Made by a program: the position numbers and the translations under genes. From Rhizobium sp. Q54 (GTDB lineage Bacteria > Pseudomonadota > Alphaproteobacteria > UBA7879 > VGCX01): a DNA stretch of 64,000 nt. The DNA is taken from the NCBI GenBank assembly GCA_945870825.1, contig CAMBTM010000005.1, positions 33 through 64,032 on the forward strand, read 5' to 3'. Below are positions 37,989 to 48,562 of this stretch, piece after piece. The notes under the pieces were generated by a model that was not told the origin of the DNA, made no database searches, and worked only from the letters and a program-made list of their open reading frames with translations. Within the stretch, counting starts at the first letter, position 1; every line of letters starts with the position of its first letter.

Positions 37989-38948
37989 GTGTCTATAAAA
38001 CATCATAACACTCCAAAGCACATTCCGGTCATGGTGGAACCTGTCATGCGCGTGCTGGCGCCCAATGAAAAAGGATCCTATATCGATGGGACTTTTGGCG
38101 CCGGAGGCTATACAGAAAGAATGCTTGAAACATCATCCCGGGTCATTGCATTTGACAGAGACCCTGATGCCATAGCGAGAGGAAAAGATCTGAAAGATCG
38201 TTACGCAGACCGATTGTGTCTTGTCCATGATACCTACGGGGCAATGGAAGAGGTGGTCGCAGACAACCAGTGGGGGCCCATCGATGGGGTCGTCTTAGAC
38301 CTTGGTGTGTCCTCACCTCAATTAGATGAAGCCCTTCGGGGCTTTTCGTTTCAACAGGATGGTCCTTTGGACATGCGTATGTCCAAAGAAGGTGTTACTG
38401 CTGCCCATATCTTGAATACATTTCCAGAAAAAGAGATTAGCAAGATTCTTTGGGCATACGGTGATGAGCAAAGATCCCGCCGCATCGCTAAGGCTATTGT
38501 TGAAAAACGTAGCGAAAAGCCGCTTGAAACGACATTTGATCTTGCAGAGTGTGTCTACAGTGTGTGTGGGCGAAAGAAAGTCCATGACAAAACAGACCCC
38601 GCCACAAAGACATTCCAAGCAATACGGATTTATATCAACGATGAGCTAGAAGAACTCCGCAAGGGCCTTGAGGCCGCGAAGAACGTATTGGCCCCTAACG
38701 GACGCCTTGTAATCGTGACGTTTCACTCGTTGGAAGATCGCATTGTAAAAAATTTCATCCGGGATAATTCGGCCTATAAACCTAAGGTATCTCGCCATGC
38801 ATCCCCCCTTGTTGATACTCTCCCCCAAGACACCATGGTCTTTATGGATTGTTCTAGAAAAGCTTTAAAACCCTCTGAAGAAGAAATCAGAAATAATCCC
38901 CGTGCCCGTTCTGCCCAACTGCGATGGGCCATTAAAGGAAAGGCTTAA
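37989..38948 (+). CDS. rsmH: 16S rRNA (cytosine1402-N4)-methyltransferase
   Basis: HIPVMVEPVM...YIDGTFGAGGY. Confidence 0.9.
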   Translation: MSIKHHNTPKHIPVMVEPVMRVLAPNEKGSYIDGTFGAGGYTERMLETSSRVIAFDRDPDAIARGKDLKDRYADRLCLVHDTYGAMEEVVADNQWGPIDGVVLDLGVSSPQLDEALRGFSFQQDGPLDMRMSKEGVTAAHILNTFPEKEISKILWAYGDEQRSRRIAKAIVEKRSEKPLETTFDLAECVYSVCGRKKVHDKTDPATKTFQAIRIYINDELEELRKGLEAAKNVLAPNGRLVIVTFHSLEDRIVKNFIRDNSAYKPKVSRHASPLVDTLPQDTMVFMDCSRKALKPSEEEIRNNPRARSAQLRWAIKGKA

Positions 38949-38954
38949 CGACCC

Positions 38955-39314
38955 ATGCGCTCTCAAATACTTCGTAACATCACAGCCCTTTCTTTTCTAC
39001 TGAGTGCTATGCTTGGGTGCATTATCTATCAGATTAAGCATCGTGTTTTAGATCTTGAAAAGAATATGCATACCCTGAACCGCGATATTATTGACACCAA
39101 CGAAGGGCTGCATATTTTGAAAGCCGAATGGGGGTATTTGAATCAACCCAAACGCTTGCAAGCACTGAACAACAAGTATCTTCAATTGCGGTCCATAGGA
39201 CATACCCAAGTTGCATCTTATCAAACCTTACCAACCCTTATTGCATCAGCCCGTGGCAGAAGTGATAATCGGGTTCTTATAGCAACCGCTCCACAAAAAG
39301 TGATGATAACTTAA
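38955..39314 (+). CDS. ftsL: Cell division protein FtsL (short alphaproteobacterial type)
   Basis: 119 aa with a single TM helix then a coiled coil; sits between rsmH and ftsI. Confidence 0.7.
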   Translation: MRSQILRNITALSFLLSAMLGCIIYQIKHRVLDLEKNMHTLNRDIIDTNEGLHILKAEWGYLNQPKRLQALNNKYLQLRSIGHTQVASYQTLPTLIASARGRSDNRVLIATAPQKVMIT

Positions 39315-41014
39315 TGAGTGCCTCCAACCTTTTTTGGTCCCAAGATGCGCGCCTTTTTCAAAGCCCAGACACTCTTGAAACAAAGCAAGCCCACAGCCGA
39401 TCCTTAGTCCTTTTCTTATTTTTAGGCATTCTCTTTAGCATGGTACTTGGAAAAATTACCCAGTTGATGGTTTTGCACAGTGCAGAACAAGAACGTAATG
39501 CCTCCCTTCTTCCAACAACCTTAATCGGACGGGGCAATATCACAGACCGTAACGGGAATATTTTGGCAACCAGCCTCATTACAGGATCTGCCTACGCCAA
39601 TCCTCAAGATATTTTGAATGCAGAGGAAGCAGCCCGGAAATTGTCAACCCTTTTCCCAACGTTGCAGTACGAAGAACTGTATCAAAAATTGACGGGATCA
39701 AAAACGTTTACATGGATTAAGCGGAATTTAACGCCCCAACAACAGCAAGCCATTAACCAGTTGGGTATTCCAGGGATTTATTTCCAGCGGGAAGAAAAAC
39801 GTATTTATCCTTATGATAAGCTTTCTGCCCACGTTGTGGGTTTCACAGATGTGGATAACAATGGTATTTCCGGCGTTGAGAAATATTTTGATGAAGCTTT
39901 ACGAGAAAATGGTTCGAACATCGAGCTTGCTCTTGATATTCGGGCCCAACACATTTTGTATGATGAAATGCTTCAAGGCATGCAGAAGTTTAGCGCCAAA
40001 GCAGCCAGTGGCATTATTCTGGACGCCACCAATGGAGAAATCATTGCTATGGTTTCTCTGCCAGACTTTGACCCCAACCAGCCTCACAAATCTGACAATA
40101 ATAGCATCTTCAATACGAATACGCTTGGTATCTATGAAATGGGGTCTGTCTTTAAAATTTTTACCCTTGCTATGGCGTTAGATGCGGGGAAAATTAATTT
40201 AAACAGTGGCTACGACACCGCCAAAGAATTTAAGGTGGGGGGACACAAAATTAAGGATCTTTACCCTAAAAACCGCTGGCTTTCTGTGCCTGAAATCTTT
40301 ATGTACTCCTCCAACATTGGGTCTGTCAAAATGGCTCTTGAAGTGGGGCCTGAAAAACAAAGAGAGTTCTTGGACAAAATGGGGCTTTTGGCCCCAAGCA
40401 CGTTAGAATTGCCAGAAATGGGCAAACCCCAGGCACCAGGACGTTGGGGTGATGTCAGTGCTGCAACAATTTCATATGGATACGGTGTTGCTGTCAGTCC
40501 TTTGCAAATGGTCAATGGTGTTGCTGCCATCATCAATGGGGGTATCTTGAGAAAATCAACCCTTCTGGTCAATGGCAACAAGGAAGCCGCTGAAAAGAAA
40601 GTCATCTCAGCTGCAACGTCTGAAAAAATGCGCCGCTTACTCCATCTGTCCGTCAAAGAAGGAACCGGTAAAAAGGGGGATGCTGATGGATACTTGGTGG
40701 GTGGAAAAACAGGAACAGCCAACAAAACCAGTGGCAAGGGATATGTAAAACAGAATCATCACCGGTCTTTGTTTGTCGGGGCCTTCCCCATGCTTGAACC
40801 CCGTTATGTGATCCTTGTCATGTTGGATGAACCAAAAGGAACCAAAGAAACCTTCGGATTTTCAACGGGTGGTTGGACATCGGCCCCTATCGCAGGAAAC
40901 GTCATTAAAAGAATCGCGCCTATTGTCGGTGTCTTGCCGGTGAACGAAAAGTCGGCCCCTATCCAATCCGCCATGAGAATCAATGTATCCCAAGGGACGA
41001 AAAGTGTTACGTGA
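39314..41014 (+). CDS. ftsI: Peptidoglycan D,D-transpeptidase FtsI (PBP3)
   Basis: PBP dimerisation and transpeptidase domains with SVFK (SxxK), SSN and KTGT motifs. Confidence 0.9.
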   Translation: MSASNLFWSQDARLFQSPDTLETKQAHSRSLVLFLFLGILFSMVLGKITQLMVLHSAEQERNASLLPTTLIGRGNITDRNGNILATSLITGSAYANPQDILNAEEAARKLSTLFPTLQYEELYQKLTGSKTFTWIKRNLTPQQQQAINQLGIPGIYFQREEKRIYPYDKLSAHVVGFTDVDNNGISGVEKYFDEALRENGSNIELALDIRAQHILYDEMLQGMQKFSAKAASGIILDATNGEIIAMVSLPDFDPNQPHKSDNNSIFNTNTLGIYEMGSVFKIFTLAMALDAGKINLNSGYDTAKEFKVGGHKIKDLYPKNRWLSVPEIFMYSSNIGSVKMALEVGPEKQREFLDKMGLLAPSTLELPEMGKPQAPGRWGDVSAATISYGYGVAVSPLQMVNGVAAIINGGILRKSTLLVNGNKEAAEKKVISAATSEKMRRLLHLSVKEGTGKKGDADGYLVGGKTGTANKTSGKGYVKQNHHRSLFVGAFPMLEPRYVILVMLDEPKGTKETFGFSTGGWTSAPIAGNVIKRIAPIVGVLPVNEKSAPIQSAMRINVSQGTKSVT

Positions 41015-42488
41015 TCATCTCATCGCGCATCTTCAATCACGGCAACCCATCACATGTTTTGGGCTAGAAAACCATACACCGGCCCTTGAACAACTGACCC
41101 TTGATTCAAGATATGTAAAACCCAAAAGCGTCTTTATTGCCCTCAAAGGCACCCATACAAACGGCGAAGATTTTATCTCGAAAGCCATTAAGAAAGGAGC
41201 CACTGTGATTGTGGCCTCCCTTGAAGTAGCCGAGCACTATTCATCCCTTTACCCAACCGTGTGTTTTATTGGCACAGAGAATGTCCGTCTTTTAACAAGC
41301 CATCTGAGTCAACTGTTTTACCCCCAACAGCCCGAAACGGTTGTTGCTGTCACAGGGACCAATGGGAAAACATCCACAGCAGACTTTACCCGTCAACTGT
41401 GGGAAATATTAGGGAAGAAAAGCGCAAGTCTTGGAACCCTTGGTATGCGCAGCTGTGTCTATACCCTTGAAAAACACCTAACAACCCCTGAAGCCCCCTA
41501 TCTGCATCAAACACTTCAAGACCTGCAAGTCCACGGGATTACGCATTTAGCCATGGAAGCATCCAGTCATGGCCTTGAACAACATCGATTAGAAAATGTT
41601 ACCCTCAAAGCCGCAGGGTTTACCAACATAACCCCAGAGCACTTGGATTATCACAAGACCATGGGGGAATATTTTAATGCAAAACTTATTTTATTCCAAC
41701 GCATCCTTCCAGCATCTGGCACATGCGTCTTGAACGCTGATATTCCCGAATTTGACGCCATGGTCAAAGCCTGCGGTGTCAAAACCATTTTTTCCTATGG
41801 TCAAAAAGGCAAAGACATTCATATCAAATCTATGACACCAACTGGTCATGGGCAACGGGTTTCTCTTGAGATTTTTGGAGAATCCTTTGACATAGACTTT
41901 CCCTTGATTGGGCAGTTTCAATTATATAATGCCCTTTGTGCCCTAGGCCTTGTCCTGGCGTGCGATAGAACACAGATAAAAGAGGCTGTGGCATCCCTTG
42001 AAAAATTACAAAATATTCCGGGACGCTTGGAATATATTGGATCTACAAAGGCAGGGGCCACCGTTTATATCGATTATGCCCACACACCTGATGGGGTTGA
42101 AAATCTTTTAACATCCCTTAGGCGTCACACGAAAAATCATCTTCATATTGTGTTTGGGGGGGGCGGTGATCGTGACCCCAGCACAAGGGCACCCCGGGGG
42201 GCCCTTGCCCAAAAACTTGCTGATTTTACCTATATTTGTGATGACAATCCCCGCACAGAAGACCCCATATCCATCCGTCGACAAATCCTATCAGCCTGCC
42301 CATCAGGCATCGAAATACCCGACAGAAAAGACGCCATACGTTACGCGATTTTCAGTCTAAAAACAGGAGATATTCTGGTTGTGGCTGGCAAAGGTCGCGA
42401 AGAAGGGCAATTAGTTCAAGGCCAGGTTCTCCCTTTTGATGATGCCCAGGTAATTTTGGAAACCATTCAAGAAGAGACTGATCAATGA
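40983..42488 (+). CDS. murE: UDP-N-acetylmuramoyl-L-alanyl-D-glutamate--2,6-diaminopimelate ligase
   Basis: Mur ligase P-loop GTNGKTST and the DNPR motif (meso-DAP-specific MurE). Confidence 0.9.
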   Translation: MYPKGRKVLRDHLIAHLQSRQPITCFGLENHTPALEQLTLDSRYVKPKSVFIALKGTHTNGEDFISKAIKKGATVIVASLEVAEHYSSLYPTVCFIGTENVRLLTSHLSQLFYPQQPETVVAVTGTNGKTSTADFTRQLWEILGKKSASLGTLGMRSCVYTLEKHLTTPEAPYLHQTLQDLQVHGITHLAMEASSHGLEQHRLENVTLKAAGFTNITPEHLDYHKTMGEYFNAKLILFQRILPASGTCVLNADIPEFDAMVKACGVKTIFSYGQKGKDIHIKSMTPTGHGQRVSLEIFGESFDIDFPLIGQFQLYNALCALGLVLACDRTQIKEAVASLEKLQNIPGRLEYIGSTKAGATVYIDYAHTPDGVENLLTSLRRHTKNHLHIVFGGGGDRDPSTRAPRGALAQKLADFTYICDDNPRTEDPISIRRQILSACPSGIEIPDRKDAIRYAIFSLKTGDILVVAGKGREEGQLVQGQVLPFDDAQVILETIQEETDQ

Positions 42489-43873
42489 CTCAAAAGCCCT
42501 TATGGACCGCTGAAGAAATATGCGCTGCCACACGTAGCTCTCTTTGTTCAAGAGAATCCTGGGAAGCCTCAGGCATTACGATCAATTCGAAAGAAGTAGA
42601 AAAAGGTGATATTTTTGTCGCTATCAAAGGTGAAAAAGTAGACGGACACGATTTTCTGGAAGAAGTTTTTGAAAAAGGTGCTATTGCGGCCATCGTTGAA
42701 CATGCCCCTGCAACCAGCCATAACTACGTAGTGGTCAGGAATACGCAAGAAGCTCTCATGGATATTGGACGGGCTGCCCGCAACCGTTTGAACGGCACCA
42801 TCATTGGTGTAACCGGAAGCGCTGGAAAAACATCCACTAAAGACATGTTGGCCCTCGTTCTTGGGGCGCAAGGGAAAACGTTTGCCACAAAACGCAGTTT
42901 TAACAGTACCATCACGGCCCCCTTAAGTCTTGCCTCCACGCCTGTGGATAGTGATTACGGGGTCTTTGAGATTGGAATGAATGAACCCGGAGAAATTGCT
43001 GAACTCACAAAAATCATCCGTCCCCACATCGGTATTGTCACAACTGTTGGCGCAGGCCATCTTCAAAATTTCGCCTCTGTGGAGGATATTGCAGGGGAAA
43101 AAGCCTCGATCGTTTTAGGGGTTCCCGCCTCAGGCATTGTTATTTTGCCAGGAGATAATCCCTTTTATGGTACTCTAAAAAAAGTGGCTCAAGACCGGGG
43201 TATCGACAATATTTATGCCTTTGGGGAATCATCAACCTGTGATGCTCGCCTTCTTAAAACGACGGAAGAAAATGGCGTATATCACCATACGGTTTCAGTC
43301 CTTGGGGAAGAACATACCTTTACCCTTCACCTGCCTGGAAAACATTGGGCATTGAATGCGCTAATTTGTCTTCTCGTCATAAAAGTGCTGAAAAAAGACA
43401 TGAAGAAAGCCTGCCAGACCCTTGCAACTTACAGTCCGCCTGAACGTCGGGGTGTTCCAGTCATGCTGAAAGAGGATATTTTATTGGTGGACGAAAGTTA
43501 TAACGCCAACCCCATTTCCATGACTGTGGCCCTTGAGTCTTTTGGACTGCGCAAGATAAAGGGTAAAAAAATTGCAGTCCTTGGGGATATGCGAGAATTG
43601 GGCCATGATGCCCCAACACTCCATGCAGCATTGAAGGATGCGGTTGTAAAATCTGGGTCATCCATTCTTTTCACCTACGGCGAGAATATGGAATATCTCC
43701 ATAAAGCTATAGGAAACACCATGAAGGCCCAACATTTCAGCAGCATGGAAAAACTCATCCAAAAACTCTTTGACACAGTTCAGCCCCATGATGCTATCAT
43801 GGTAAAGTCATCGAACGGGGTGGGCTTTATTCAGATTATTAATGCCTTAAAAGAAAAACTGGCAGGGGACTAG
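42485..43873 (+). CDS. murF: UDP-MurNAc-pentapeptide synthetase
   Basis: [10 protein letters not shown]-loop; Mur ligase three-domain layout. Confidence 0.9.
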   Translation: MTQKPLWTAEEICAATRSSLCSRESWEASGITINSKEVEKGDIFVAIKGEKVDGHDFLEEVFEKGAIAAIVEHAPATSHNYVVVRNTQEALMDIGRAARNRLNGTIIGVTGSAGKTSTKDMLALVLGAQGKTFATKRSFNSTITAPLSLASTPVDSDYGVFEIGMNEPGEIAELTKIIRPHIGIVTTVGAGHLQNFASVEDIAGEKASIVLGVPASGIVILPGDNPFYGTLKKVAQDRGIDNIYAFGESSTCDARLLKTTEENGVYHHTVSVLGEEHTFTLHLPGKHWALNALICLLVIKVLKKDMKKACQTLATYSPPERRGVPVMLKEDILLVDESYNANPISMTVALESFGLRKIKGKKIAVLGDMRELGHDAPTLHAALKDAVVKSGSSILFTYGENMEYLHKAIGNTMKAQHFSSMEKLIQKLFDTVQPHDAIMVKSSNGVGFIQIINALKEKLAGD

Positions 43874-43875
43874 CG

Positions 43876-44967
43876 ATGTTGTATCACTTTTTCATGGACC
43901 ATGTGGACCAATACCATTTCCTGAATATTTTCAAATATATCACCTCTCGTACAGGCCTTGCCCTTTTGACCGCCCTTCTCATGGCCTTTGTCTTTGCTCC
44001 GTCTGTCATCCGGTGGTTGAAAGATCATCAAGGGAAAGGGCAACCCATTCGCAAAGAAGGTCCAGAATCCCATCTCCTAACCAAAAAAGGTACGCCCACC
44101 ATGGGAGGGCTTATCATTTTGGCTGGAACAATCGTAAGTGCCCTACTGTGGTGCAATCTTTATAACCCCTATATATGGATTGTGCTTTTTGTAACCTTTA
44201 GCCTTGGGGCTGTGGGTGCCGTTGATGATTGGATGAAAATAAAGCAGCAGAAATCTGATGCCATGTCTGCCAAAACAAAAGCGTCCCTCCAAGTCCTGAT
44301 TGCCCTTATGGCCATGATCGCCGTTCAGTACGTTATGCCAGAAACCTATCACCAGCATCTTGCCCTTCCCTTTTTCAAAAATGTTCTGATTGACCTTGGC
44401 TTTTTCTATATTCCCTTTGGACTTGTTGTGATTGTGGGGGCTTCTAATGCTGTCAACTTAACCGATGGCCTTGATGGACTTGCGATCGGTACTATTATTA
44501 TTGTCTCTCTTTGTTTTATGATTATTGCCTACCTTGTGGGAAACCATGTGTTCGCCAATTATCTCCAACTGCATTTCATCCCGCAAAGCGGTGAACTTTC
44601 CATTATCTGTGGGGCTCTGGTGGGCGCCAGTCTTGGGTTTTTATGGCACAATGCACCCCCTGCTCGTATTTTTATGGGGGATACAGGATCCCTATCCATT
44701 GGCGGGGCCCTTGCAACCATCAGTGTCATCACCAAGCATGAAATTGTCTTGTCCATCATCGGTGGTCTTTTTGTGGTTGAGGCCCTCTCTGTCATTATTC
44801 AAGTCGTTTATTTTAAGTGCACAGGGGGCAAGCGGATTTTCCTGATGGCCCCCCTCCACCACCACTTTGAGAAAAAAGGATGGACAGAACCCACCATTGT
44901 CATTCGTTTTTGGATCGTCGCCATTATCATGGCGTTGATTGGTCTTTCAACATTGAAATTAAGGTAA
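43876..44967 (+). CDS. mraY: Phospho-N-acetylmuramoyl-pentapeptide transferase
   Basis: Polytopic; [13 protein letters not shown] motif. Confidence 0.95.
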   Translation: MLYHFFMDHVDQYHFLNIFKYITSRTGLALLTALLMAFVFAPSVIRWLKDHQGKGQPIRKEGPESHLLTKKGTPTMGGLIILAGTIVSALLWCNLYNPYIWIVLFVTFSLGAVGAVDDWMKIKQQKSDAMSAKTKASLQVLIALMAMIAVQYVMPETYHQHLALPFFKNVLIDLGFFYIPFGLVVIVGASNAVNLTDGLDGLAIGTIIIVSLCFMIIAYLVGNHVFANYLQLHFIPQSGELSIICGALVGASLGFLWHNAPPARIFMGDTGSLSIGGALATISVITKHEIVLSIIGGLFVVEALSVIIQVVYFKCTGGKRIFLMAPLHHHFEKKGWTEPTIVIRFWIVAIIMALIGLSTLKLR

Positions 44968-46323
44968 ATGACGTCGTTCCTCGCTGACCGTTTTTCTTAC
45001 GTCTTTGGCCTTGGCAAGTCAGGCCGCTCGGCCTTGGGATATTTTCAAAAACAAAACCTTCCCGTCAAGGCGTGGGATGACACACTGGAAACGAGACAAG
45101 TCCTGGATCCAACCCTTCTGCAAGATCCTAAAGACGTAAACTGGTCCCATGTTGAAAGAATAATTCTCAGCCCCGGGATTCCCCATGAAGGGCCCAAAGC
45201 AAACCCAGCGCTTATCGCCGCCAAAGATCACAATATTCCCCTTGTGGTCGATGTGGAGCTATTTTTGGAACGTGCCCTTCGGCACCCCAATCACACCATT
45301 GTCGGGATTACAGGGACCAATGGCAAAAGTACAACCACCAGTCTTTTGACCCATCTTTTGAATCATTTGGGCAAAAAAGCCATTGCGGCGGGCAATATTG
45401 GTACGCCTGTTTTAGACCTTCCAGAAACCAATGAAGAGACCTATTACGTATTGGAATTGTCATCCTATCAATTGACGCTTCTTAAAACCCCTCGCCTTGA
45501 TGTGGCGATACTGATTAATATCACCCCTGATCATTTGGCCTATCACGGTACTATGGAGGCTTATGTGGCAGCCAAGTCATCCATCTTTGAGCAAGTACAG
45601 CATCAAAAAGGGGTGATTATTATTGATGACGCCTATACCCAACAAATTTACAAAAAGAACCCCTTCCTCATGTCTATTTCCACAGAAACAGAAGAAGGGA
45701 AGATTTCTATCCATCAAGGCATCTTGAAAGATAAAGAGAGAAATATCACCTTCACGTTACCTACCTTAAGTCAACTCCAAGGATCACATAATGCCCAAAA
45801 TATTGGGGCCTGTTATGGGGCACTCTGCCACCTTATCCCAGAAACGTTTTGTATGGAGACTTTCATAGAAGGGCTTCAGACCTTTAAGGCTTTGCCCCAT
45901 CGTCAAGAAATTGTGGCTCAAACAAACCAGGTGATCTTTGTCAATGATAGTAAAGCCACCAACATGGATGCTGCTGAAAAATCTTTAAAGACCTTTCAAA
46001 ATATCCACTGGATCCTCGGGGGTGAAGGAAAAGTGGGTGAAACCCCAGCGTCTTTAAAACATCTTTTCCCTCATGTTAAACATGTTTACTTGGTGGGATC
46101 ATCCATGGATTTTTTTGAAAAAGAAATAAGGGGCCTCATCGCCTATACGCGGTCCCATACCGTTGAACAGGCGACAGATGAAGCATTTCACCAATCCCAA
46201 AAAGGGGATGTTATTTTGCTGGCCCCTGCTTGTGCTTCCTTTGATCAATTTAAAAACTTTGAAGAACGGGGGAGTGTATTTAAAACCTGTGCCCTGAAAC
46301 TAGTGGATCAATATCATGAATGA
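44968..46323 (+). CDS. murD: UDP-N-acetylmuramoylalanine--D-glutamate ligase
   Basis: GITGTNGKSTTT P-loop. Confidence 0.9.
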   Translation: MTSFLADRFSYVFGLGKSGRSALGYFQKQNLPVKAWDDTLETRQVLDPTLLQDPKDVNWSHVERIILSPGIPHEGPKANPALIAAKDHNIPLVVDVELFLERALRHPNHTIVGITGTNGKSTTTSLLTHLLNHLGKKAIAAGNIGTPVLDLPETNEETYYVLELSSYQLTLLKTPRLDVAILINITPDHLAYHGTMEAYVAAKSSIFEQVQHQKGVIIIDDAYTQQIYKKNPFLMSISTETEEGKISIHQGILKDKERNITFTLPTLSQLQGSHNAQNIGACYGALCHLIPETFCMETFIEGLQTFKALPHRQEIVAQTNQVIFVNDSKATNMDAAEKSLKTFQNIHWILGGEGKVGETPASLKHLFPHVKHVYLVGSSMDFFEKEIRGLIAYTRSHTVEQATDEAFHQSQKGDVILLAPACASFDQFKNFEERGSVFKTCALKLVDQYHE

Positions 46324-47440
46324 ATCTTTCTCAAGAACGGACAAAAGTCTTTTAGGGCGCTGGTGGTGGACGGTGGATCGGCCCCTTTTCTTTGCGTTCC
46401 TCACCTTGCTTATTCTTGGAATCCTTCTAAGCCTTGCAGGAAGTCCAAGCACTGCAGAACGCCTTCATATTGATTCGTTCTATTTTGTTAAAAGGCATGC
46501 CCTTCTGACGATTCCAGCGTTCTTTATTATTTTTGTGGGCTCCCTCGCCTCGCCTCGGCTGCTGCGTTACATCTGTTGGCTTGTATTAGGACTTAGCATT
46601 ATTATGTTGGTTTTCACCCCTTTCATGGGAATGGAAATTAAAGGGGCCCGCCGATGGATCCCCCTTGGTGGTTTTTCCCTTCAAGCCACAGAATTTGTAA
46701 AACCCAGCTTTATTGTGATCGCCGCTTGGCTTTTTTCACAGCAAAAAAACTATCCCGTATCTGGTCATCTTTTGTCCTTCATCCTCTACCTTGTTTTAGT
46801 CGGCCTTATTTTGATGCAACCAGACTTTGGCATGACCTTTATTATTTCGGCTACGTGGCTGATTCAAATTTTTCTAGCAGGTCTTCCGATCCTTTGGATT
46901 GTGATTCTTGGGATCCTGGGCATTGTCAGCGTGACAGGGGCGTATTTTTTCTTTCCCCATGTGGCAAGCCGTGTTGACCAGTTCTTGGACCCTAGTGTCG
47001 GGGATCAGTATCAAATTACCCAGTCTCTTGAGGCGTTTAAAAGTGGTGGGATTTTCGGCCAAGGGCCGGGAGAAGGCATCTTTAAACGCTATCTTCCTGA
47101 TGCCCACGCAGATTTTATCTTTCCCGTTGCAGCGGAGGAATTTGGTTTCTTTTTCTGTCTTTTTGTCCTGGGCCTTTATGCCTTTATCTTCACCCGGGGG
47201 ATTTATCTGATACGCCGTGAAAAGAACCTGTTCCTGGTTCTCTCACTAGGGGGCTTGGTTGCTCAGTTTACCTTGCAGTCTTTCGTCAATATGGCGTCAG
47301 CCTTGAAGTTGATCCCCACCAAAGGGATGACGTTGCCCTTTTTAAGTTACGGGGGATCATCCCTTCTTGGAACCGCCCTTGGAGCAGCCGTCATTTTAAG
47401 CATGACCCGCAAACGCACTGACGACGCGAGGATTTTCTAA
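46316..47440 (+). CDS. ftsW: Peptidoglycan glycosyltransferase FtsW (SEDS family)
   Basis: SEDS polytopic protein; its position between murD and murG. Confidence 0.9.
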   Translation: MNESFSRTDKSLLGRWWWTVDRPLFFAFLTLLILGILLSLAGSPSTAERLHIDSFYFVKRHALLTIPAFFIIFVGSLASPRLLRYICWLVLGLSIIMLVFTPFMGMEIKGARRWIPLGGFSLQATEFVKPSFIVIAAWLFSQQKNYPVSGHLLSFILYLVLVGLILMQPDFGMTFIISATWLIQIFLAGLPILWIVILGILGIVSVTGAYFFFPHVASRVDQFLDPSVGDQYQITQSLEAFKSGGIFGQGPGEGIFKRYLPDAHADFIFPVAAEEFGFFFCLFVLGLYAFIFTRGIYLIRREKNLFLVLSLGGLVAQFTLQSFVNMASALKLIPTKGMTLPFLSYGGSSLLGTALGAAVILSMTRKRTDDARIF

Positions 47441-48546
47441 TGACAAAGCAACCCATCGTTCTTGCAGCAGGGGGCACAGGGGGCCACATCTTTCCAGCCT
47501 ATGCTTTGGCTGAGCATCTCATTAAAGAAGGTTACAAGGTTTATCTCATAACAGACCCACGGGGGGCTGACTTTAAGAATTGCCCAAAAAATTTGACCGT
47601 TCTGACCCTTCCCTTGTGCCGTAGCAAGCAGGGCATCGTGGGACATGTCCGACTTCTTTTTTCGATTTTTCTTAGTTTTTTCTTTAGTCTTATTTACCTT
47701 CTTAGAATTAATCCCAACGTCATTTTAGGATTTGGCGGATTTCCCAGTGCCCCGACCATGTTTGCTGCAATCGTTCTAAAACCTTTTAAAAATCATACTC
47801 TCATTCTTCATGAACAAAATGCCGTCTTGGGACGGGTCAATAAAATCTTCATGCCATTTGTCCACACCCTTGCCACATCATTTCCTAAAACGTGGCATGT
47901 CTTGAAAAAATTCCAAAAAAAGATTGTGGTGACTGGCAACCTGGTACGCCCTACCTTTGAAGAGATTGGGAAAAAACCTTATAAAGAACCCCTTAAAACA
48001 GGGCCCATCCACCTTCTTATTATCGGTGGTAGTCAGGGTGCCAAGATTTTTAGCACCCTCATTCCAAATACCTTATCCACGCTCCCCCCCGCTCTTCAAA
48101 AAAGACTGCGGGTGGTTCAACAAAGTCGGCCTGAGATGATTCAACAAACTAAAGAGGCCTATAAAAATCTTGGCATTCCGGCAACCGTTGAATCTTTTTT
48201 TCCCAATATCCACACCCTCATTGCAAAGGCCCATCTCATCATTTGTCGCTCTGGAGCTTCCACCCTTTTTGAGATTTCTGAGGCGAAACGTCCTGCCATT
48301 TATGTTCCCTTTCCCTATGCCATGGACAATCATCAATTCTTCAATGCAAAGGTTGTGGAAGGCTTGAAAGGTGGCTGGCTTATTCCTGAAAATGATGAAG
48401 CAAAAAAATCCCTTGAAATCTTGGTAAAAAATCTATTGGAACACCCTAAAAAGCTTGCAACAGCCGCACAAAATGTTCATGATCTGGTGGAGAAAAATAC
48501 ATGCGAATGTTTTTCCCATCTTATTAATTCGTTCAGTAAACATTAA
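47440..48546 (+). CDS. murG: UDP-GlcNAc--undecaprenyl-PP-MurNAc-pentapeptide GlcNAc transferase
   Basis: N-terminal AAGGTGGHIFPA motif. Confidence 0.9.
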   Translation: MTKQPIVLAAGGTGGHIFPAYALAEHLIKEGYKVYLITDPRGADFKNCPKNLTVLTLPLCRSKQGIVGHVRLLFSIFLSFFFSLIYLLRINPNVILGFGGFPSAPTMFAAIVLKPFKNHTLILHEQNAVLGRVNKIFMPFVHTLATSFPKTWHVLKKFQKKIVVTGNLVRPTFEEIGKKPYKEPLKTGPIHLLIIGGSQGAKIFSTLIPNTLSTLPPALQKRLRVVQQSRPEMIQQTKEAYKNLGIPATVESFFPNIHTLIAKAHLIICRSGASTLFEISEAKRPAIYVPFPYAMDNHQFFNAKVVEGLKGGWLIPENDEAKKSLEILVKNLLEHPKKLATAAQNVHDLVEKNTCECFSHLINSFSKH

Positions 48547-48562
48547 GTAAAAGAGTTTTTAT